This document shows positions 40,297-48,484 of a stretch of DNA of 53,394 nt, piece by piece. The stretch comes from a virus (lineage: Duplodnaviria; Caudoviricetes). The stretch covers positions 1-53,394 of the IMG/VR virus record IMGVR_UViG_3300027963_003320; one strand, written 5' to 3'. The position numbers and the translations under genes were made by a program. Numbering within the stretch: position 1 is the first letter of the stretch; every line of letters starts with the position of its first letter. Under the pieces are notes generated by a model. The model was not told the origin of the DNA, did no database searches, and worked only from the letters and a program-made list of their open reading frames with translations.

Positions 40297-41013
40297 ATGG
40301 CAGACAGAAACGGAGACGGAATAGTATATCATCGCTCAGATTGCGGAGATAACAATGTAAGATGGTATGGATTTGGTGGCGACGGCCCTTGTTCAACATG
40401 TGAATCATGGGGACTTACCGACAAAGCAATACGATATATTCATGACCATCCTGAAACAAATCATAGAATTGAAGATGTGACCGGTAGAGAATGGGAAGAA
40501 GAAGTAGCACCGGTACTGATTAATATTGGAAATCAAATAGAGTCCGTAATTAAAGAAGGTTATGAAGAAGTAAAAGATGGTGTATACGATGCATACCAAT
40601 GGGCAGACAAAAACGCTTGTAATATAGTGGTAACCGCAGCTATTTCAGCGGGAATTGTTTACGCATTTACGCCAGAGCCGGCAAACCCAACGGCGGTGGC
40701 AACATCAACTACTCTATCAGCAATGGCATCAACTATTACTAGTATGGCTGTTAAAGTTGCGGTAGTAGGAGAAATGAGTGAAATCATAACAAATGCATTT
40801 TTACTAATACCGTATGTAAGTGATAGTATTGACCATACATTATTAAAAAATATAATTTCAAATTGTTTAGCTAAAAGTTTAGATTCTGCAGCGTTGTGGG
40901 CAACACCAGCTGGAGTTGGTATTGCAATTGGAGCAGCATTTGCACCGGTTATTGCAGATTTGATATGTACAAAAACTTGTCCTGAAGGATTTACTAAAGC
41001 ATTCACAGGATAA
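40297..41013 (+). CDS. Hypothetical Cys-containing protein with hydrophobic C-terminal helices, flanked by direct repeats
   Basis: 238-aa ORF between the two 37-bp repeats; no signal peptide. Confidence 0.7.
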   Translation: MADRNGDGIVYHRSDCGDNNVRWYGFGGDGPCSTCESWGLTDKAIRYIHDHPETNHRIEDVTGREWEEEVAPVLINIGNQIESVIKEGYEEVKDGVYDAYQWADKNACNIVVTAAISAGIVYAFTPEPANPTAVATSTTLSAMASTITSMAVKVAVVGEMSEIITNAFLLIPYVSDSIDHTLLKNIISNCLAKSLDSAALWATPAGVGIAIGAAFAPVIADLICTKTCPEGFTKAFTG

Positions 41014-41016
41014 TAT

Positions 41017-41053
41017 TAATCAATTAGGAATAACAGATTTTAATAAAATATAA
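41017..41053 (+). repeat. 37-bp perfect direct repeat, copy 2
   Basis: 768 bp downstream of copy 1. Confidence 0.95.
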
Positions 41054-41054
41054 T

Positions 41055-41402
41055 ATGGCAAAGGCAACAAAAACAACAAAGACATCGGAAGAAGCTGCAA
41101 TGGCTAAAAACGAAAAACATAATGACGGAACTATGAGTGGTTTGAAAAAAACTATGATTGGTACAGTTGGTACATTGGTAACTGCAGGTGGAGCATTTTT
41201 AATGACTTACTTACAAAAACCAAAAGAGAGTGATAAACAAGTTCAACCTCAATCAATCAACATCAACATGCCGGCTCAACAACAAGCAGCAGGTGGTAAA
41301 ACTGTAATCATCAAAGAAAAAAGTGCAACTCCTGCAACTGCAGCACCAAAACCTAAAAAGAAAGAAGGTGATGAGTTTAAAGAAGAAGCACCAAAATGGT
41401 AA
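41055..41402 (+). CDS. Single-TM protein
   Basis: IGTVGTLVTAGGAFLM hydrophobic segment followed by a low-complexity tail. Confidence 0.7.
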   Translation: MAKATKTTKTSEEAAMAKNEKHNDGTMSGLKKTMIGTVGTLVTAGGAFLMTYLQKPKESDKQVQPQSININMPAQQQAAGGKTVIIKEKSATPATAAPKPKKKEGDEFKEEAPKW

Positions 41403-41491
41403 TATGGTATCAAATAGGAACGGTAGTATTCTTTATAGGACTAATATCGTTTTTAATTAGACAGGCATTAAAAATTAAAAAAGATAAATAG
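41396..41491 (+). CDS. Small membrane peptide (31 aa) missing from the ORF track
   Basis: MVIWYQIGTVVFFIGLISFLIRQALKIKKDK*: one TM helix plus basic tail, overlapping the upstream stop. Confidence 0.55.
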   Translation: MVIWYQIGTVVFFIGLISFLIRQALKIKKDK

Positions 41492-41525
41492 GTTACATAG
41501 TTATAAACATTTTAAAAACAAAACT

Positions 41526-41789
41526 ATGACATTTAAAGAATGGGTAATTGACATTTTCAAAGACGAAAGAGGTGCAATTTCCGTAAAACCAGTAATCGCA
41601 TTTATAGGTTCATTATTCCTTTGTGGAACAATGTTAGCTAATTCATTTACCGAAGACCATTTCAAACCAGCAGCTGAATTAGTAAATGCCGTAATGGTAA
41701 TTACTGCTATCGGTATGGGTGCAGATACTTTGGATAAATTTACTAGCAAAAAAGTAGAAGAACCTAAAAAAGAAGAAGAATTAGGATAA
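41526..41789 (+). CDS. Two-TM holin-like membrane protein
   Basis: 87 aa, two hydrophobic helices, charged C-terminus. Confidence 0.55.
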   Translation: MTFKEWVIDIFKDERGAISVKPVIAFIGSLFLCGTMLANSFTEDHFKPAAELVNAVMVITAIGMGADTLDKFTSKKVEEPKKEEELG

Positions 41790-41805
41790 CAATTTCTTAA
41801 TATAG

Positions 41806-41833
41806 AAACCCTCACTTTATGTGGGGGTTTTTT
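41806..41833 (+). terminator. Intrinsic terminator
   Basis: AAACCCTCAC-tttat-GTGGGGGTTT plus T tract; same CCCTCAC/GTGGGGG stem as at 27096. Confidence 0.87.
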
Positions 41834-41837
41834 ATTT

Positions 41838-42539
41838 ATGTATATGAATAACTTATTAACGATAGTAATACCTTGTAAAAATGAAAAAGATAACATATAT
41901 GAGTGTATTGGATTTATTGCAAAGCAAGTGGGGTTCGCAGGAACTAGAGTTATTATTGCAGATACTTCCGATGAGGAGGATAGTTTAAATTTTTTACAAT
42001 ATACGGAGGATAACTACCGATATTCACTAAATATTGAACTAATCAAAGGTGGGTTTCCTGCAAAGGCAAGATTAGAAGGTAGTAAATTAGTAACCACTCC
42101 GTATGTATTATTTTTAGATGCAGACATAATGTTACAAAATAAATTCTTATTAGGTGAGTGCTTGGCATATAATACGGATTTAGTGACTGTACCATTTCAA
42201 ACCGAAACTGGATTTAATTGGATATTCCGTTTATTTGATATTCAGCAACAATTGAGTAATCTATTAGGAACACCATTCGCAATTGGTGGATTTCAATTGT
42301 GGAAAACGGAAGCATATTGGAAAACAGGTGGATATGATGAAACTCATTTATTTGCAGAAGATTATTGGGTTTCACAAAAAGCAGAAGTAATGAAAATACA
42401 TAATACAAAAGGAGTATGGACATCTGCAAGAAGATTTAAGAACAAAGGATTTTTTTACATGTTTATATTAAGTATAAAATGCTACATCAACCGAAACAAT
42501 ACAGAGTTTTTCAAACATCACCATCAATATTGGACATGA
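41838..42539 (+). CDS. Glycosyltransferase family 2
   Basis: IVIPCKNE, LFLDAD, GGYDE...AEDY and TSARRF. Confidence 0.9.
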   Translation: MYMNNLLTIVIPCKNEKDNIYECIGFIAKQVGFAGTRVIIADTSDEEDSLNFLQYTEDNYRYSLNIELIKGGFPAKARLEGSKLVTTPYVLFLDADIMLQNKFLLGECLAYNTDLVTVPFQTETGFNWIFRLFDIQQQLSNLLGTPFAIGGFQLWKTEAYWKTGGYDETHLFAEDYWVSQKAEVMKIHNTKGVWTSARRFKNKGFFYMFILSIKCYINRNNTEFFKHHHQYWT

Positions 42540-43252
42540 AATATAAAGCAATTATAGTATCTGATTTACATTTAGGAACAAAGGATAGTAAGGCTGAAGA
42601 GTTTATACAATTTATAGAGGAACATCCAACTGACCTACTAATTTTGAATGGAGATATAATAGATGGGTGGGCATTAAATAGAGGTACAAAATGGAAAAAA
42701 CAACATACCAAAGTAATCAGTAAGTTATTAAAGTTATCTAACAAAACACAATTAGTTTGGATAAGAGGTAATCATGATGAATTCATACAAGAGTTTATTG
42801 GTAGTCACTTTGGCGGTATTGAAATTAGAGAAGATTATGTTTTGGAATTAAGTCATAAAAAGTATTACATATTTCACGGAGATGTGATTGATGTGTTTAT
42901 TACAAAGTATAAGTGGTTGTCCAAAATAGGGGCAATAGGGTACGATTTTGCACTTACTTTGAATAGATGGTACAATCACTACCGAAAGTGGAGAAAGCTT
43001 CCATATCAGTCTATATCACAAAAAATAAAAGCAGGTGTAAAGGTTGCAACAAACTACATAAACGATTTTGAAGTAACTGCATTATCTATGGCTACCAAAA
43101 AAGGATGTGATGGGGTGATGTGTGGTCATATACATCAACCCGAAGATAGAATGATAAATGGTAAAAGATATGTTAATAGTGGAGATTGGGTAGAGAATAT
43201 GTCAGCTATTTGTATTGATAACGATGAAAATCTATATTTATACAAAAGATAA
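42536..43252 (+). CDS. Metallophosphoesterase, UDP-2,3-diacylglucosamine hydrolase (LpxH-like)
   Basis: SDLHLG, GDIIDGW, GNHD, HGD, CGHIH and NSGDW; ATGA-overlap start at 42536. Confidence 0.85.
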   Translation: MKYKAIIVSDLHLGTKDSKAEEFIQFIEEHPTDLLILNGDIIDGWALNRGTKWKKQHTKVISKLLKLSNKTQLVWIRGNHDEFIQEFIGSHFGGIEIREDYVLELSHKKYYIFHGDVIDVFITKYKWLSKIGAIGYDFALTLNRWYNHYRKWRKLPYQSISQKIKAGVKVATNYINDFEVTALSMATKKGCDGVMCGHIHQPEDRMINGKRYVNSGDWVENMSAICIDNDENLYLYKR

Positions 43253-43258
43253 GTATGT

Positions 43259-43981
43259 ATGAAAAGTTTATTCGTATTATTAAGTTTTTGTTTGTTAAGC
43301 AGTGTTGTGGGTGTTGCTCAAACGATAGGAAGCACTAAGACAGAAGATTTCAAAGCAGATTTCGAAAAGAAAAGAGACATCTCTCAATACATGGATTACG
43401 ATGGCCCTAAAAAGAACATTCAAATCCTAAAATGTGGTATTGGTGATGAGGTATATGAAATGTATCCTGAACTAAAAGAAAAGAGAGTTGGATTGGGTGT
43501 TGCAAATATCGTATTAGAATATTTGGACAACCTTAATAGATTTGAATTTACCGAAGATAAGACTGAGATTAAAAATAGAATGGTAAAACAATATCAGGCA
43601 TCTCAAGCTGGTATTTCTGAAAACAAAATAGATGGTAGAGGAAAGATTAAGTTAGCACATTACTTTGTAGAGATTGAAGTTTATGATTACTCCGTTAGTG
43701 AAGATGAAACTATTAACTTAAAAGATGGTATTAAAGATAATTTAGTAACTCGTTTAGGTTTGCAAGTTAGATTTACAAATGCAGAGAACGGAACAATTAT
43801 AGCAGCAAGTGGATTGGGTGAAGCAAAGACTAATAGACAATTAACTTTATTATCAGACGCAACAATAGACCCAATTAAGTTTAACCAATCAACTATTAGT
43901 ATTTCAACTAAGAAAGCATTGGATATAGCATGTGCAAATATTTTAGACAAGATGATTAAAAAAGGTGTATTCACTAAATAG
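43259..43981 (+). CDS. CsgG/HfaB-family (curli transport-like) protein
   Basis: Signal peptide; RFEF.E, G.IKLA.YFV...VYD, LQVRF.NAE.G.I...SG.GEA pattern. Confidence 0.7.
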   Translation: MKSLFVLLSFCLLSSVVGVAQTIGSTKTEDFKADFEKKRDISQYMDYDGPKKNIQILKCGIGDEVYEMYPELKEKRVGLGVANIVLEYLDNLNRFEFTEDKTEIKNRMVKQYQASQAGISENKIDGRGKIKLAHYFVEIEVYDYSVSEDETINLKDGIKDNLVTRLGLQVRFTNAENGTIIAASGLGEAKTNRQLTLLSDATIDPIKFNQSTISISTKKALDIACANILDKMIKKGVFTK

Positions 43982-43984
43982 ATT

Positions 43985-44800
43985 ATGAAAAAATTATTAA
44001 TGTTATTGTTGGTTATCCCAATGATATCTTTCTCACAGGTATCAAGTTGGAGAACAAACACATCTCAACAATCACAATCAACTCAAATAAGAGTTCAACC
44101 ATCTATACCACAACAAAATAATGTGAGTAGTTGGAGAACACAAACGGCACCAATTAGACCTGGTGATAACTTTGAAGGACAACCATTAGTAAGAAGATAT
44201 AGACCTACAACATACAATCCATATGGTTTACAATATGGTGTATGGGGATGGTATCAACCTTATCCTTACATTTGGTATGATAACTACGGGTGGAGACAAA
44301 GAAGTGTAGTTAGAATATACGAAAATGGTAGGAGAGATACAATTGCATCAACACCTGTATTATTTTCAGCAGGTATAGGACATACGAGTAATAAACAAAC
44401 CGCATTTTGGGGATTGATTGGTAGTAATAAAGGATATTTCATTATGGATTATGTAATGACTTATGCAATAGACCACAATCAGTATTATCCATATGGTCAA
44501 ATTAACAATGTTGACTTTCCACTTAGTAAAGAAGATTGGAAAAAAGAGTAAACTTTCTATGTTGGTGCAGGTAAAAGAATTGGTAAAATTGGAATACATG
44601 GTATGATAGGATTTGGTAATGAAGTGATTAGATGGCAAGGTAAAGATGACTTAGGTGGTATCTCATTTCCAAAATCAAACACATCATTCACTACATACAA
44701 AATCGGACTAATAAGAGATTTCAAATTCGTTACATTAAAAGTAGATACAGACCCAATTAGAGGGTATTCTCAAATCTCAATCGGACTGAACAATAAGTAA
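43985..44800 (+). pseudogene. Outer-membrane beta-barrel-like gene interrupted by in-frame TAA at 44549-44551
   Basis: The 43985 and 44603 ORFs share a frame; the bridge reads KKE*TFYVGAGKRIGKIGIHGMIGFG with no other stop. Confidence 0.72.
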
Positions 44801-46494
44801 TGAAGAAATGGTTAGCAACTATTTTATTGTTAATTGTTACAACCTTAACTGCATCAAAAGCAGAAGGGCAAACCGTTACCCAAACTTATATAGACCCATG
44901 TGACCAAAAGGTATATGTGGTCGTAATTCCATTCGGACAAAATCAAACTATCGCAGTTATTAGAGGTAAATCTAAAATTGTAACATTAGCAGATATCAGT
45001 AGTGGTGCATTTCAAACATGGGTGAATAGTGTATTCGCAACACCTTGTCCACAAAACGATGCAATAAGATTAGCACAAGAAGCTGCAGCAAGAGCAGCCG
45101 CAGATGCCGCAGCAAGAGCTGCCGGTGATGCTGCCGCAAAAGCCGCCGCAGATGCTGCATCAAAAGCAGCATCGGATGCCGCAGCAAAAGCTGCATCGGA
45201 CGCTGCTGCAAAAGCTGCTGCAAGTGCCGCAAGTGGGGCTGCAAGTAATGCAGCATCATCTGCTGCAAGTGGAGCTGCATCAAATGCTGCAAGTGGTGCT
45301 GCGAGTAACGCCGCAAGTTCGGCAGCAAGTGGAGCTGCATCATCTGCAGCCGGTAATGCAGCAGGTGGTGCCGCAAGTTCCGCTGCAGCAAGTGCCGCAG
45401 CACCTCCACCTGTAAATGTTCCTCCACCTACACCAACATCAACACCACCTGCCGCAGCACCACCACCTGCAAGTGGTAGTTCATCTCCACCGCCTGCAAG
45501 TGGTAGTGGTTCATCAAGTAGTTCATCATCAACGGAAGCAAAACCGGCTGAAGCAAAGCCGGCAGAAAGTAAACCTGCTGAAACTAAATCGGACAAACCT
45601 GCAGAACAAAAGCAAGAGGAAAAGAAAACGGAAACAAAACAAGAAGAAAAGAAAGAGGAAACAAAAACTGAGGAAAAGAAAGAAGAATCTAAATCTGAAG
45701 AAAAGAAATCAGAAGAAAAAAAGGAAGAAACTAAAAAAGAAGAAGAGAAGAAAGAAGAAAGTAAAAAAGAGGAAGAGAAAAAGAAAGAAGAAGAAAAGAA
45801 AAAGAAAGAGGAAGAGAAAAAGAAAAAACAAGAAGTAACAAACCCAACTTTATTAGCATCGGACATAACTGTTGCAGAAGCTACTCCTGGTAGTTATTTG
45901 GCATCTATATCATTGGGACTTAGTAAATCATCCCTAGCAGGTGATGTAAGTTATAGTGCAGGATTGGTAGTCAATAGTAATTTAAGTTCAATAGTAACAA
46001 CGGGTGGTATAACAAAAATGGGAATGACGGAAGATGGTCAATTGGATGCAATACATTCATACGGAACTGCATTTGCATATTTGGGTGGAAACTATATGAA
46101 CTTATTGGGATATACATACATTAAACCAACTCCGAAAAAAGGAACATATGGTTATAATGTGGGTGTAATCAATCTATTCTTAAAAAATGATGCCGGTGGT
46201 TTTGACTATAATATGGCAACATCGGCAATTGTATTTTGGACTAAACCTTATTCCTATTCAAAAAAACTTACAATATCACCACAGGTATTTACAATGTTTG
46301 CACCTATAAGTTATAATAGTGTAACAGGTGGAACAACAGTCAATAGACATATGGGATTTTTATTAGGAGCTGCATTTGACTATAAAATTAGTAAAAGATT
46401 TGGATTCTCAGCTAACTACAAAATGAGTGGTAATACTAAACCATATTCAACATTTCTAAGTAACTTTCAGATAGGTTCTAGGATGGTATTATAA
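44800..46494 (+). CDS. Secreted protein with Ala-rich, Pro/Ser-rich and Glu/Lys-rich linkers and a C-terminal beta-barrel-like domain
   Basis: Signal peptide (AEG-Q); low-complexity region about 45070-45830; C-terminal amphipathic strands ending FQIGSRMVL. Confidence 0.72.
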   Translation: MKKWLATILLLIVTTLTASKAEGQTVTQTYIDPCDQKVYVVVIPFGQNQTIAVIRGKSKIVTLADISSGAFQTWVNSVFATPCPQNDAIRLAQEAAARAAADAAARAAGDAAAKAAADAASKAASDAAAKAASDAAAKAAASAASGAASNAASSAASGAASNAASGAASNAASSAASGAASSAAGNAAGGAASSAAASAAAPPPVNVPPPTPTSTPPAAAPPPASGSSSPPPASGSGSSSSSSSTEAKPAEAKPAESKPAETKSDKPAEQKQEEKKTETKQEEKKEETKTEEKKEESKSEEKKSEEKKEETKKEEEKKEESKKEEEKKKEEEKKKKEEEKKKKQEVTNPTLLASDITVAEATPGSYLASISLGLSKSSLAGDVSYSAGLVVNSNLSSIVTTGGITKMGMTEDGQLDAIHSYGTAFAYLGGNYMNLLGYTYIKPTPKKGTYGYNVGVINLFLKNDAGGFDYNMATSAIVFWTKPYSYSKKLTISPQVFTMFAPISYNSVTGGTTVNRHMGFLLGAAFDYKISKRFGFSANYKMSGNTKPYSTFLSNFQIGSRMVL

Positions 46495-46527
46495 TTGAAA
46501 AATGTTATATTTATCTAAAATAGTTTT

Positions 46528-47310
46528 ATGAAAATTGCAGTTATTTTCGGTGGACAAATACGAACAGGTGTAGAAACTTCAAAAAGTATATTTAATTTTC
46601 TAGGAGAATATTTACCATATTGTGATTTTTTTGTACATACTTGGGATATCACATCATATAAAAATGGAGATTATCAGAATTCACATTCACCTGATTTTAA
46701 TTGGGATGCTATAAAATTAAAAGAAGAATATTTAAATGAGTTTTTAGAAATATACAAACCATTAAAATATAAAATGACTCCGTTTTTAAAATATAGAGAA
46801 GAAATGGAAAATATTCCATCACAATTACCACCATTACCACCAATGCCTGCCTGGACATATTCATTTTGGAAATCAAATGAATTAAAAAAAGAATATGAAA
46901 ATGAAAATAATTTTAAATATGATTATGTCATAAAATTAAGAACAGATTTAATATTCTGGCCTGAAATGATTTTAAAACCTATATTGGAATTTATAATAAA
47001 TAGTCAATTGAAAAAATTACCAATATATCATTTGGAAGATATGTTATACTTATCTACAAGTGAGGGAATGGATATTATGAGTTCAATAGGACATCCAACG
47101 AATGGTATATTATTGGAAGATTTTAGACAAAACTATTCAAACGATTTGAATAGAAGAATTGTTAAATTTGCACATGATACATTTGATAACATACCAAAAA
47201 TTAGTTTTGGAGCAAATTCTGGATATTTTTTATTAAGGCCTGAGGCAAAGGATTTTTCTTATGAAGAAATGGATAAGATGTATTATATATTTAAACACTA
47301 CTATGATTAA
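46528..47310 (+). CDS. Hypothetical glycosyltransferase-like protein
   Basis: MKIAV..GQIR, FFVHTW and KYDYVIKLRTD. Confidence 0.55.
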   Translation: MKIAVIFGGQIRTGVETSKSIFNFLGEYLPYCDFFVHTWDITSYKNGDYQNSHSPDFNWDAIKLKEEYLNEFLEIYKPLKYKMTPFLKYREEMENIPSQLPPLPPMPAWTYSFWKSNELKKEYENENNFKYDYVIKLRTDLIFWPEMILKPILEFIINSQLKKLPIYHLEDMLYLSTSEGMDIMSSIGHPTNGILLEDFRQNYSNDLNRRIVKFAHDTFDNIPKISFGANSGYFLLRPEAKDFSYEEMDKMYYIFKHYYD

Positions 47311-47322
47311 AACAAAAACAGC

Positions 47323-47958
47323 ATGAAAAAAGTAATATTGTTGGTTACACTATTAGTTATTAGTGTTACATTATTCTCACAAGATGTATTAGTATTAAAA
47401 CATACAAATTACACATCGAATTTCAGCAAGTCAAAAAAATATCCAGTAATGGTAGAGTGGTGGGAAACTAAAGCAAAAGTTAGTTGTCCAAATCCATTAC
47501 CAAGAAGAGATGCATTTCAACCTGACCCACAAGCAATAGTAGAAACGGATATCAAAGCTGACTATGTAGGTAGTGGTTATGATAGAGGGCATATGTCTCC
47601 TGCAGCATCCAACCAATGTCAAACTGCAGATGTTCAAATTGAATCGTTCTATATGAGTAATATGTCAGCACAAACACATAGACTAAATGCAGGTGATTGG
47701 AAGTCATTAGAAGTTTTGACAAGAGAATGGGCAAGTAAATATGATTCAGTTCACATATGGGCAGGTAATGTAGGTGAGATTAAAAGAATAGGTAGAGTTA
47801 CAGTTCCAAAACAATGTTGGAAAGTAGTATACATTAAAAAAACAAAAGAGTGGATGTTTTTTTTATTTGAAAACGACCAATCAAATCCAGACGGAATAAA
47901 TAACAATAAAGTTTTAAGACAAGATATAGAAAAATTAACAAGATTAAAATTTAAGTAG
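47323..47958 (+). CDS. Secreted DNA/RNA non-specific endonuclease (NucA/EndoG family)
   Basis: Signal peptide; YDRGHM.P, F.MSNM..Q...LN...W..LE and VP...WKV. Confidence 0.93.
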   Translation: MKKVILLVTLLVISVTLFSQDVLVLKHTNYTSNFSKSKKYPVMVEWWETKAKVSCPNPLPRRDAFQPDPQAIVETDIKADYVGSGYDRGHMSPAASNQCQTADVQIESFYMSNMSAQTHRLNAGDWKSLEVLTREWASKYDSVHIWAGNVGEIKRIGRVTVPKQCWKVVYIKKTKEWMFFLFENDQSNPDGINNNKVLRQDIEKLTRLKFK

Positions 47959-47962
47959 CAAA

Positions 47963-48475
47963 ATGAGAACTACCAAACTTGTAACATTAAATGAAGAAAT
48001 CCAATTAATAGATAAATTGGGTGATGAGTTATTAAGTGGTGGGTTTAATTCATCTAATTCGGTCATTATAGTCGTTTCTACGGACTATTCAGCAATAGCA
48101 GGACAAATACTTAGACACAAACTATCTTTCAATGGTGAGATAGTAGAGGGGTTTGGAATAGATGTACCATATCCTGATGAGGTGTGGAATAAAAAATATG
48201 TAGATACAATGTCAGCAGTATTTCAAAACTATGGTTATCTATTACAACGCAAAACAGTAATATTAATTGAAGCAGGTGTGATTAGAGGTGGCAATTATGA
48301 GTTTGTAACAAAATGGATGAAAAAACATTTAGGAATAGGAACACCAATTATCACTTTAACAATGTTTGAAAATATAGATAGTAGGTTTAAATCGGACTTA
48401 GTAGGTGAATATTATGATGATAAAACAGAAGATTTAACTTTTTGGTGGGAAAAGGATAACAAACATTGGAAATAA
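47963..48475 (+). CDS. Phosphoribosyltransferase-fold protein
   Basis: VILIEAGVIRGGN resembles a divergent PRPP loop; C-terminal F.WE. Confidence 0.5.
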   Translation: MRTTKLVTLNEEIQLIDKLGDELLSGGFNSSNSVIIVVSTDYSAIAGQILRHKLSFNGEIVEGFGIDVPYPDEVWNKKYVDTMSAVFQNYGYLLQRKTVILIEAGVIRGGNYEFVTKWMKKHLGIGTPIITLTMFENIDSRFKSDLVGEYYDDKTEDLTFWWEKDNKHWK

Positions 48476-48484
48476 TATAAGGTT

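Noticed and set aside
44996-45866. Several long alternative-frame and antisense ORFs (143, 284, 103 and 140 aa)
   Set aside because: By-products of the stop-poor low-complexity repeats in the 44800 gene.
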